From the human T2T-CHM13v2.0 reference genome, Homo sapiens, in assembly GCA_009914755.4 (NCBI GenBank), contig CP068257.2, positions 39,040,001 to 39,104,000 on the forward strand: 64,000 nucleotides of DNA. Direction: 5' to 3'. Positions within the stretch are counted from its first letter, which is position 1; every line of letters starts with the position of its first letter. Shown piece after piece: positions 52,901 through 64,000 of the stretch. Below the pieces are notes generated by a model. That model worked only from the letters and a program-made list of their open reading frames with translations. It was not told the DNA's origin and did not search any database. A program made the position numbers and the translations under genes.

Positions 52901-53195
52901 GTAGCTGGGCCCTGTGGCTCATTCCTGTAATCCCAACACTTTGGGAAGCTGAGGCAGGCAGATGGCTTGAGCCCAGAAATTTGAGACCGGCCTGGGTAAC
53001 ATAGTGAGAATACCCTCTACAAAATTTTTTTTTTTAAAGAATTAGCCAGGTGTGGTGACTTATGCCTGTAGCCGCAGCTACTTGGGAGGCTGAGGGGAAT
53101 CACCTGAGCCCAGAAGTTGAGGCTGCAGTGAGCCACGATCCCATCACTGCACTCCGACCTGGACAAGAGAGGGAGATGTCCTCTCAAAAATATTA
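52901..53195 (+). mobile_element. Alu SINE (older, AluJ/S-like, diverged)
   Basis: tagctgggccctgtggctcattcctgtaatcccaacactttgggaagctgaggcaggcagatggcttgagcccagaaatttgagaccggcctgggtaacatagtgagaataccctctacaaaatttttttttttaaagaattagccaggtgtggtgacttatgcctgtagccgcagctacttgggaggctgagg...gcactccgacctggacaagagagggagatgtcctctcaaaaatattaaag. Confidence 0.9.
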
Positions 53196-54372
53196 AAGAA
53201 CAGAAAAAAATGTTCTAACACTTATTAAAAAGATAAGATTATATTCATGTCTGTTCCAGTAGGAGTCATCTATGATGACTGCAACAGGGAAGGGTAATTC
53301 AACTTCATATTCAACAAGGATAAGTGAGGGTTTATAGCCAATGAACACAGTGAGGGGAGCAGTGGGTGGAAAATTAGAAAGAGGAGACATCAAGGGATGA
53401 GGATTCTTGCTAAACTGGCCTAACAGATTCTTGCTAAAATCAGGCCAAACATGTATACATCAAAGATGGGACTGGAAGAACTTGATCAGATATTAAGAGT
53501 GATCAAGTATCAAGAGTAAGGGGATGATTTAGCAGGATTCTTGCTAAAGCTGGGGACAAGAGACCAGATGTGAAAAGCTAAGGTTGAGAACTAGTTGAGA
53601 GGAGGGCTCAGAGGAGCCTTTCCAAAGTTAGTCAAGGAGAGATTCTTTATCCCCATCCACTCACATACTAAACAACATCTTTGTTGCTTCCATGTTTTGG
53701 CAATTAGGAATAAAGTTGCTATACAAATTTATGTGCAGATTTTGATATTCTTTATCCCAAAGCATAAGGCAAGCATAGGACACATCTTATTTCCAGCTCC
53801 TTAAGGAATGCTTTCCTCTACTGCCTGAGGTCCAGTCTTGAAAATGGTTGCTTCAGATATTTTGTCTGCATTTTTCGTTGTTTTTTTTCAGTTGGTTGTA
53901 TTAGTCCATTCTCACACTGCTATGAAGAAATACCCAAGACTGGGCAATTTATAAAGAAAAGAGGTTTAATTAACTCACAGTTTCAACTGCCTGGGGAGGC
54001 CTCAGGAAACGTACAATCATGGCATAAGGCACCTCTTCACAGGGTGGCAGGAGAGAGAATGAATGCAAGCAACGGAAGTGCCAGATGCTTATAAAACCAT
54101 CAGATCTCGTGAGACTCACTCACTCTCACGAGAACAGAATGGGGGAAACTTACCCCATGATTCAATGACCTTCCACTGGGTCCCTCCCAGGACCCATGGG
54201 GATTATGGGGATTATCATTCAAGATGAGATTTGGGTGCGGACATAGAGTTAAACCCTATCAGCCTCAGGACACTGGTTTTTGGTTGTTTCAGATAAAAGG
54301 GTAAATGTGGCTCCCACACCTCCATCTCGGCCACAAGCAAAAGTCCTAGTCAAATGTTAGAAAGCAGTTTGT

Positions 54373-54688
54373 GGCCGGGGTCGCTCATGCCTGTAATCCC
54401 AGCACTTTGGGAGGCCGAGGTGGGCAGATCACGAGGTCAGGAGATGGAGACCATCCTGGCTAACACGGTGAAACCCCATCTCTACTGAAAATACAAAAAA
54501 GTTAGCTGGGTGTGGTGGCGGGTGCCTGTAGTCCCAGCTACTCTGGAGGCTGGGCAGGAAAACGGCGTGAACCCGGGAGGTGGAGCTTGCAGTGAGCCGA
54601 GATCGCGCGACTGCACTCCAGCCTGGGAAACAGAGCGAGACTCCAGTCTCAAAAAAAAAAAAAAAAGAAAGAAAGAAAGAAAGAAAGC
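54373..54688 (+). mobile_element. Alu SINE (AluY-like) with A-rich then (GAAA)5 tail
   Basis: ggccggggtcgctcatgcctgtaatcccagcactttgggaggccgaggtgggcagatcacgaggtcaggagatggagaccatcctggctaacacggtgaaaccccatctctactgaaaatacaaaaaagttagctgggtgtggtggcgggtgcctgtagtcccagctactctggaggctg..gaacccgggaggtggagcttgcagtgagccgagatcgcgcgactgcactccagcctgggaaacagagcgagactccagtctc followed by A16 and (gaaa)5. Track ORFs 54482..54715(-) and 54510..54770(+) lie inside it. Confidence 0.95.
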
Positions 54689-56855
54689 ACAGTCTGCTAA
54701 GGAGAAAACAATCATGAGAAATCTTCTGACTTGCCCAGGATCAGGCGGCTCATTGCTACTTGCTCTGTAGCAAAGGCAGCCTGGGTAAGGAGCAATACTG
54801 TCTGAAGTGGCCCACCTGCATTCCAGCCCTTAGAACAGGCAAGAAAATATCTTATGTTAGGACTAGGATTGATGATTAATGAGACATGATGAGTAAACCT
54901 TCCTTCAATTGCTAGCACCCAGACCTAGGTCAAAATTTCTGAAATTTAAGAATGAGAATCCCTTGTGCTGCCAAGGGAAAGATTATGAAGTCATTCTACC
55001 TAATAGCTTATTCCAGGAAAATCCAAACACCAATCTACAGGGATATTTAGACATTTAGGATGACCTGATACAGAAGAGGATACCCCGTGAGTGAGCAGTC
55101 ATCACCCTCAAACCTACCCTTCAGCTGTCAAAGGGTAGCATTTATGCCCTTCATCTGTCTTTTTGAACAAGCTTCCAGTTCTGTACTCATATTTACATAA
55201 ACAGGATGAAAAAAGATTTTCAAGTATCCAGTGAACAACCTAAAAGATTATTATAACCATTATGTGTTCACAATAAAAAGCAAAATGAAATCAGGAGAGA
55301 AATTTGATTTGGGTAATATGACTGCCCATCTTATATGTTCAAACTGATACAGTAGTCATCCATATGCTGGATTCATAGTCCATAGGGTTTCAGATGTCAA
55401 GAACGCCAGCACATAAATAGTAAAAGCACAACTGGGTAGGAAGAGGCAGGTAGCACAGACGCCAGACAAGATGATGCAATGTCCATGCTCTAAAACTTTC
55501 AGTGTCATGCAAAAACAATGAATTCTATGACTAATTTAGAAGATGATAGTTAAAACAGGAGTAAGCATTTCATTCCTTTATCTGACAGAAAATCCAAGGC
55601 AGACATAATGGATTAATACGCACAGATGGAGCTGTTTGAAATTCTAGGTTTCCCTATAAGTGGTGTTTTGCAGATTATAAATACGCTTTTATAACACATC
55701 ATTAAAATGTGCAGTCTTCCCAGTAAAAGTCATTCACTGTATCTCCCTGTTTGTCAGGTTTAGAGGTCCCTATACAAATTGCATTGTAATTATTTGACAC
55801 ATCAAATTTTCATATATCTTGATTAAAGACAATCCTTTTTTTCTTTCTTATGTGAATTCTCATGCAGGTCTTGGAATTCATGAGCATGTCACAAAGATCA
55901 AAATATAGTTGGGAAAATGACTAGCTAGCAGCATGAGTCATAGTCTAATGTTTGATGGCTTACATCAAAGAGATCATATGCAGGAATTCAGAAACACCTC
56001 ATATTTTTCTCATGTTGTGATGTCTTCTACCAGCACCTACTCACTTACTGAAGAAATTATTGCAAAGCTCCCCCAGCTACCTGGTGTATAAGAAAAAAAT
56101 CAAAGTCACATTCTCTTTGCCCTGCTATTATATTATGTCAGTCTACACAAGTATTTCAGAGCTAGACTTAAAAAAATTAAAATGCTGTTTGCTAACAGGA
56201 GTCTAGCTGTGAGTTTGTTTTGCAGGGCTTTGTTAAATCTATAGAACCACACAATCTGTCCTGTATATATAGCCCTTGATGTCTGTGTATCTCAGGCAGT
56301 ATTCTTTCCTGGGTTGACTTGTAGCAATGGTGATTAAAAAAAGACACAATATGTTGTTAAAAGGAACATAGCCCATTCAGGATTTATGTACTGACAACAT
56401 TTCAGCAACATGTGATACAGTCAAAAATGTTAAAATAGCCTTTCTATTTCACAAGGAAAGCAAGGATATTAGATTGATTCTGTTTCCATAACAGTACATC
56501 TTGATGCTATGGTTTTATTCCAGCTCAACCATTTGTCATTTTTTTCTCTCTCTTTCTCCTCCCCTAGGATGGGGTAGGGGAAGGGCAAGTGGGAAAAAAG
56601 GAGGGGTGGAAGCAAACACATTGGGTTTGAGACACTGAAAATTTGAATTAGAGTATCAAATTAGACAAAATATAAGGAGGCTGGGATGTTAGAACTTGCC
56701 AACTTGCTAATCACTGCTTTCTTTCAAGGTTTAGTTCCAACAATGTAAGGCACTTTGAAATCTAAACAAGGAGACCTTAAAGAAGTCATCAGCAAGGTCA
56801 GAATGAACTGATGATGGGGTTTTCATTGGTTCTCTGCTGTGATGGCATTTTGCTA

Positions 56856-57314
<459 letters not shown>

Positions 57315-57574
57315 TCAGAAAGTTATCCTGAAAATTAATCATGAGGCGCAGGCTCAAATAAAACCAAATAATTCAAATTTTCTGAAAATGCTGTGAGCAG
57401 ACAGGCTGATACTAAAAAATAAGGCACCATCCTAATTTCACATTTTGTACACAAACTGTTAAGTTATCCTGGATGTTAATTTTTAATAGATTGTTTTTTT
57501 GCCTCATGCCCCAAACCCTGTTCTCTCCCCACACTGACCACCATTGGACTGTATATATTTTATATTCACTTATT

Positions 57575-57700
57575 GTCTATCTTCTGCCACTAGAGATAAG
57601 CCTCATGAGGACAAGGTCTTAATTTACTCCCACTATTACCTGGAGCATAGAGCCCAGCTCTCACTGGACTCTCAGTAAAGGGAAGCTGAATGTGTGAATG
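57575..57700 (+). mobile_element. Possible MIR-family SINE fragment (3' region)
   Basis: gccactagagataagcctcatgaggacaaggtcttaatttactcccactattacctggagcatagagcccagctctcactggactctcagtaaag resembles the MIR region tagattgtaagctccttgagggcagggactgtgtcttattc...cctagcacagtgcctggcacatagtaggcactcaataaat. The match is weak. Confidence 0.3.
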
Positions 57701-57818
57701 CCTAGATCTTGTTGCTGGGATCAAATTGCTCTCTTTACTAGCTTCACTGAGGGTTATTATGCAATGAAATTTGCCACATTTTTAATTAAAATTGCAAATC
57801 ATATGTAAAACATTTTAT

Positions 57819-58685
57819 TTTTTATTATACTTTAAGTTCTGGGATACATGTGCAGAATGTGCAGGTTTGTCACATAGGTATACACGTGCCGTGGTGGTTT
57901 GCTGCACCCATCAACCCGTCATCTACATTAGGTATTTCTCCTAATGCTATCCCTCCCCTAGTTCCCCAACCCCAACAGGCCCCGGTGTGTGATGTTCCCC
58001 TCCCTGTGTCCACGTGTTCTCATTGTTCAACTCCCACTTATGAGTGAGAACACGCGGTGTTTGCTTTTCTGTTCCTGTGTTAGTTTGTTGAGAATGATGG
58101 TTTCCAGCTTCATCTACATCCCTGCAAAGGATATGAACTCATCGTTTTTTATGGCTGCATAGTATTCCATGGTGTGTATGTGCCACATTTTCTTTATCCA
58201 GTCTATCATTGATGGGCATTTGGGTTGGTTCCAAGTCTTTGCTATTGTGAATAGTGCCACAATAAACATATGTGTGCATGTGTCTTTATAGTACAATAAT
58301 TTATAATCTTTTGGGTGTATACCCAGTAATGGGATTGCTGGGTCAACTGGTATTTCTGGTTCTAGATCCTTGAGGAATCTCCACACTGTCTTCCACAATG
58401 GTTGAACTAATTTACACTCCCACCAACAGTGTTAAAGCGTTCCTATTTCTCCACATCCTCTCCAGCATCTGTTGTTTCCTGACTTTTTAATGGTCACCAT
58501 TCTAACTGGCATGAGATGGTATCTCATTGTGGCTTTGATTTGCATTTCTCTAATACCAGTGATGATGAGCTTTTTTTCACGTTTGTTGGCTGCATAAATG
58601 TCTTCTTTTGAGAAGAGTCTGTTTATATCATTTGCCCACTTTTTGATGGGGTTTTTTTTCTTGTAAATTTAAGTTCTTTGTAGAG
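57819..58685 (-). mobile_element. L1 (L1PA-type) 3' terminal 870 bp in minus orientation: 3' UTR plus the C-terminal end of ORF2
   Basis: The antisense L1 3' end reads ttttattatactttaagttctgggatacatgtgcagaatgtgcaggtttgtcacataggtatacacgtgccgtggtggtttgctgcacccatcaacccgtcatctacattaggtatttctcctaatgctatccctcccctag..., then ...ggtgtatacccagtaatgggattgctgggtcaactggtatttctggttctagatccttgaggaatctccacactgtcttccacaatggttgaactaatttacactcccaccaacagtgttaaagcgttcc..., and stops at ..cttgtaaatttaagttctttgtagag. The track ORF 58114..58398(-) MWKTVWRFLKDLEPEIPVDPAIPLLGIHPKDYKLLYYKDTCTHMFIVALFTIAKTWNQPKCPSMIDWIKKMWHIHTMEYYAAIKNDEFISFAGM is the L1 ORF2p C-terminus. Confidence 0.9.
58114..58398 (-). pseudogene. 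L1 ORF2 C-terminal fragment (not a host gene)
   Basis: The 94-aa ORF matches the remembered ORF2p C-terminal sequence (MWKTVWRFLKDLE.EIPFDPAIPLLGIYPKDYKS..YKDTCTRMFIAALFTIAKTWNQPKCP.MIDWIKKMWHIYTMEYYAAIKNDEFMSF.GTWMKLE...). It is truncated with the element. Confidence 0.85.
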
Positions 58686-60748
58686 TAAAGCATGTTAAAA
58701 AAGCACCATTATCAGAAAATACAATGTCAAATCAACAATACACTTTTATTTAAAATAGGACATAACAATAAAGAGAATTTTGACAAAAGCATGACTCAAC
58801 TCCACCAGCCTACAGTGTCTGTTTTGATTTTTACATTTCCCTTGTGGTCCACCTGCCTCCATGCCTTATCTATATAATTATATCATGTTAAAGTGTACAT
58901 ACGTAAAATGTACCATTTTTATAACTGTTTAATTCTTTTATACATCATCTACATTATTCCATGGTTCTATACGGACTTCACAAGTAAATATCAGTGAATG
59001 CACAATTTATACATATTCTTATGAACTGTTTTTCTGCTCTTTTCATTTAAATTGTTTCTCTTTTCGCTTCTACAAGTAAATATCATCAAATGTGTTCATA
59101 CACATTTGGCTTTTTAATTCATTTAAGGGCCTATAACAAGTGTTTCTGGAGTGTTGGTTATGTGAAGAAATAAAACGTGACTTCCAGAATTTACAAGTTA
59201 AATAAAAGATTTATAAATATAATGAAGGCCTACTTGTCACACATCTGAGCTTCTCCATGACTTTCTAAAGCAGGTGCATACCTAGTTACATATTTGTAAG
59301 AGAGAAGAGAAGCCCCAGATATTTCGAATGAACTTCACTGGTCAGAAGTGAGAATAACATTTATTGTATGCTTCATAGTATCTCATACCAGACAACCTTC
59401 TAACACTCGAGATGAACAACAGCTCCGCTAGGTAAACAAAGGCTCCACTTTGCAGACGGTGACATGGAGATTCACAGGGCTGTCACTTGACCAAGGACAC
59501 AGGATACAGGCTGTCACTTGAGCAAGAACGCAGGGCTAGGAGGTGGCAGAACTAGATTCAGTCTTTCTGATGAAGGCTTTTGAGATTTTTGTTTTCTCAT
59601 CTTAGAACCAAATGTGGCATAACAGTCCCCCCTCATTTGTGTGGGGATTACAGGCAGCTCTGTATAGAGTGGGTCTATGGCCTGTGCTTCCAGATCTAGT
59701 CTTTCTCCGTGGTGTGGAGCTGAGGGGTTACAGGCTCCTGCTATGTGCTGGGGTTGCTACTAAGTCTATGTGATAAAATACATGAGCCCCTCACTTTGCC
59801 TGTAGTTAACTGACATGATTTGGTAAGAAAGAGATGAAGAAATTAACACTATTTACAAAGGTGATTGGACTCATCTTATAATAATAAGATTTAACCTGCT
59901 CACTAAATGTGAGGGTAGCGGGTGGTCTCCACCCTGCTGTTAGGAAGCACAGCATCCAAGCATTGGCACAAGGCTGAATAGATGTGGTTGACTCTACTCA
60001 CAGCATGTTCTTCCCTGCTGCCACTTGGTGGACACTGTGGGGCTCCCTTCAGATTTCCTCTTTAGCGCCAATGCACCCTGCCCCAAAGCAGCTGGAAAGA
60101 TCCTATGTTGAGTCCTACACTGGGAACCAGCCCAAGTTACAGGGAACTGCCTTGTCTGAGGCCTGCAGGGAATGACTGGTCAAAGGTGGCTCCACAAGCC
60201 TGGCCCCCTCGTGTTAAGTTGCAACAATGCTGAAGGTGCATCCCACCTGAGACCGCTATCATCAGAGCTTTGCAGAGAAGCTTCTCCCTCCACTCATTCT
60301 GCCTTCCTCACACCCTTGCTGATGTCTCTCTTGAGAATACACTCCCAGGAGGCCTTCTGCATGCAACTCTTCCTCTGAGCATCTCCCTTCAGGTAACTCA
60401 ACAGGAGACATCAAATGAGGCTCTGCTAGTTACCCTCTACAACCATGTCTTTCTGAAATGTTTTTCTATTTTAAATAAAGTAATCAGAAAGTGCCAACTA
60501 ACATCCCATGTAAGCTCCCCAATAGAGCATGAGCAATAAATAAAATACACCAAGATGGAAGAAAGTACTAAATCTGGATTATCACTGGATTAAAACATTT
60601 TTACAAGCAATAATTATTACATTGAATAAGGCAATGACACAACTAAGACTCTCAGGCTGTTATGTTTTTGGGAACCCATTGAATCTGGACAGTGACAGTG
60701 TGTAGTTTGTTTTATGAAAACATACTCATGTAAGAATCTAACATTTCA

Positions 60749-60966
<218 letters not shown>

Positions 60967-61275
60967 GAATCTAACATTTATCTATTATATAAACATTTTG
61001 ATTTTTAGTTAAACTTCACATATTCAATGGGCTCATAGCCCTAAGCCTAATGCCTAGCAAGCTGTGTGTGTTTCGTAAATGCTAGTTGGTGCATTCACTG
61101 TCCCCATATTTTTTCATTTTCCCATCTCATAATTCATGTGGTATGTCAAACTTCTGTTGATAATATAATGTAACCTTTTGAAGTATTTTTGGAATTTCTA
61201 TTTTACAAAATTACAACTCTTTTAAGTAGATTGGAATTACCTCTCACAGTTTAGGAACTGACTGTATAGAAGTTG

Positions 61276-61304
61276 AGACAGAGAGAGAGAGAGAGAGAGA
61301 GAGA
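61276..61304. repeat. (GA)n microsatellite (about 14 units)
   Basis: gagacagagagagagagagagagagagagaaggtgg. Confidence 0.9.
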
Positions 61305-63295
61305 AGGTGGGGGGTACAGGCGAAAGCCTTTAGCGAGGTCCTGATATAGAGAGATGCTTACAAACTGTGGCCCCCCTTCCACTATGAACAGGAAAGCCTA
61401 CATACTGATGTGAATTCTGCTCCCCTGTGAGGGACACACAATGTAGATGTCTCCAAAGTAGATGGGCCCCCGATAAGACCCTCTTTCTCCTTGATCAGGG
61501 GAAGCATCAAAAGCTATTGTCAATCTGTGCGTCTCAAGAAGTGTCTTGTTCAACAATGCTGGAAATAACATGGATGATCTCACACTTGAAGACCTACACC
61601 TCCTTGGGGATGTTGGCAGATGATATCTACCTGACAGGTCCACTACTGGGGTGAGATCTGAGGGTCACTCTGGCTGTTAGGCCATATATGGCACCAATGA
61701 AAACTCTAACTTTTCACTGGTGTCATATAGGATGGAAATGTTACCAGGGCCAAAGGCTTCAATTATAGAAAAGTTTATCAGTATAAACACAGTGGTCAAT
61801 GACACACAATCCTGCAGGGCATTGAGATGTGTGTTGTGTCACAGTTACATTAGGAAACTTGCTCTCGTGTGCCTATATGGAATGTAGACTTCTATTTAGT
61901 AAAACCAAGAAGGTTAACCCCTAACCTCACTAAGGAGAGATGGGAAGGATTGCTGTCTTTCCTTGCACAAATATACCTTAGAGTGCACATGGCAAAACTT
62001 CATTCTTTAACTAAGGTTAGGAAATATATCAATAAATATGTTGGTGTGGGGATGAGGAAGGGCAAGTGTAATGAGATTCCTGGCCTACTATAGCCTAGAA
62101 AGAAAACTTCATTAGGAAGAACTGTTAGAAAGTTATGAGGATGGCATATGGTGGTCAAGATTTGGTATGGTGGAATGAGCTCATGCATTTTAGCACTACA
62201 TCTTGTTAAGAAACTAAATGGTCATGTAACCAGTCATTTAAACACTAAGCACCAACTTTAGATTGTCACAATAAAGGAAGAAGTAGGGAGCAGAATAGAG
62301 GCAGAAGAGACATTAATCTAATAACTAGATGAGCTAATAACTAGGCCTGGGCACTCTCCGTGGCTTGCTACCCAAGCTGTCTCGGGACCTATCCGCTGCA
62401 TTGTGACAAAGTATTCCTCAGCTGCCCCAGCCATGGCTCAAGTGGTCCCAGGCCTGGCTTAACTTACTGCTCTGGAAGGTACTAATCATAAACTTTGGTG
62501 GCATCCATGTTGTGTTAATTCTGCAGGTGCACAGAATGCAAAAGCTGTGGGGCATGGCTTTCTCCACCTAAACTTCAAAGACTTCCCAGAAAGCCTGCGG
62601 CCCTGGGCAGAGACTTGTTTTAGAGGTGGAGCCGGCACAAAGAGTCCCCATTAGGGCGGTGCTGAGACGAATTAATGGGCCAGAGCTGCAGCAGAGACTG
62701 TCCACTAGAGTAATGCCTAGTGGAGCCACGGAAGTGGGGCTGGCCCTGAGATCCCAGAACTGTAGAGCTACCAGCACATAACATCAGCCTGGGAGAGCTG
62801 CAGACATAAGACTCCAACCCATGAGAGCTGCTGGGTAAACTGAGCCCAAGAGCCCAACAAAGCCACCAAGGCAGCTTTTCCTGAGGCCCTGGGGACCCAA
62901 TCCCCACCCCAGTGTTCCCCAGGTGAGGGACATGGAATTAAAGGGGTTTCTTATCCAGCTTTAAACTTAAGGTTGTTTTCTCTGTTGGGTTTTAGATTTA
63001 CTTGAAACCTGTTACCTCTTCCTGCCTCTTTCTCCTTTTTGGAATGGGAATGTCCATCCTGTTCCTGTCTCACCATCGAATTTTGGAATTAGATAGCTTG
63101 CTTTGATTCATAGCTCATGGCTGGAGGGAATTTGCCTCTAGATGAATCATGCCTGAGTCTCACTCATATCTGATTCAGATGAGACTTTGGACTTTCAAAC
63201 TGATGCTGGAATTACTTAAGACTTTTGGGGTACTGGGATTCAATGAATGCATTTTGTATGTTAGAAGTTTCAGGAGGCCAGGGCAGAATACCACG

Positions 63296-63638
63296 ATTTG
63301 AATGTTCCTGCCAAAACTCACGTTGAAATTTAATCACCAGGGTAATGGTACTGGGAGGTGGAAACTTTAAAAGGTGACTCGTAAGAGGCAGATCCTTCAT
63401 GAATGGATTATTGTCATTATCACAGGAGTGAGCTCCTTATAAAATAATACATTCTGCCTCCATTTTCTTTCTATCCTGAACACTTGCTTCTGTCTTCCAT
63501 CCTTCCACCTAGGATGACCTTCACCTGATGGCCTTGGACTTCTCAGCCTCCAGAGCCATGAGCCAAATAAACTTCTGTTGTTTACAATTTACTCAGTCTG
63601 TGTATTCTGTTTTAGTAGCAGAAAATGAACCAAGACAA
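63296..63638 (+). mobile_element. MaLR LTR (MLT1-family)
   Basis: gaatgttcctgccaaaactcacgttgaaatttaatcaccagggtaatggtactgggaggtggaaac..gaggcagatccttcatgaatggattattgtcattatcacaggagtgagctccttataaaa...ggccttggacttctcagcctccagagccatgagccaaataaacttctgttgtttacaatttactcagtctgtgtattctgttttagtagcag. Confidence 0.65.
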
Positions 63639-64000
63639 CAATTCACGAAAGTTTCACTCTTCACACTCATACAGAATAGGTGAAACCTTTTCACATCACT
63701 ATTTTAGTTTCATTATATGCCTGCCTTTATTCCGGAAAGTCAGATCTAGGGGAAGCTGTGTCCATGAGATTTAGCATCCTCCAGGTATCTTACTTGAAAC
63801 ATCCATCGTTTTTCTCTTGGTCTCCATCACTGGCAGAAACCAAGAGTTTGGCCTCCAGGGCCAGTTGGGGCTATGGCTAAGCTGGGAAGCACAGTGAACA
63901 CCAATTGCCAAAAGGTGGCAGAGAAAAATACATTTTGTACAAGCGATAGCTCTTACCCACAGAGAAGAGAGGCAGGGGTGTTCATCAAGTCGTAAGTGTT

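Overview
This window is primate (human-type) nuclear genomic DNA, not a prokaryotic locus, and it contains no defence island, CRISPR array or operon. It is saturated with Alu SINEs (15 copies), L1 LINE fragments, MaLR LTRs (MLT1/MST/THE1), MIR fragments, a Tigger-like DNA transposon remnant and many micro/minisatellites. Two short, well-spliced coding exons lie on the minus strand at 56924-57241 and 41270-41416. Their conceptual translations ([105 protein letters not shown] and [48 protein letters not shown]) join in frame across a 15.5-kb intron (...HIKA|VLREPY...). From memory they match the first Ig domain (exons 2 and 3) of DSCAM, the Down syndrome cell adhesion molecule on chr21q22. The window is therefore the end of DSCAM intron 1 (57242-64000), exon 2, intron 2 (41417-56923), exon 3 and the start of intron 3 (1-41269), with the gene running right to left. 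Every other ORF of 100 aa or more in the six-frame track is explained by Alu/L1/LTR sequence or by translation of simple repeats. No novel biological system is supported. The items worth a second look are structural or regulatory: a head-to-head inverted Alu pair 25 bp apart; a 182-bp tandem duplication beside a GC-rich block; a 180-bp, ~93%-identical inverted repeat inside an L1 cluster; young Alu/L1 insertions with intact target-site duplications; large complex STRs; and CpG-retaining intronic segments carrying CCAAT/E-box motifs. All repeat coordinates are approximate (about +/-10 bp) because they were called by eye against remembered consensus sequences.
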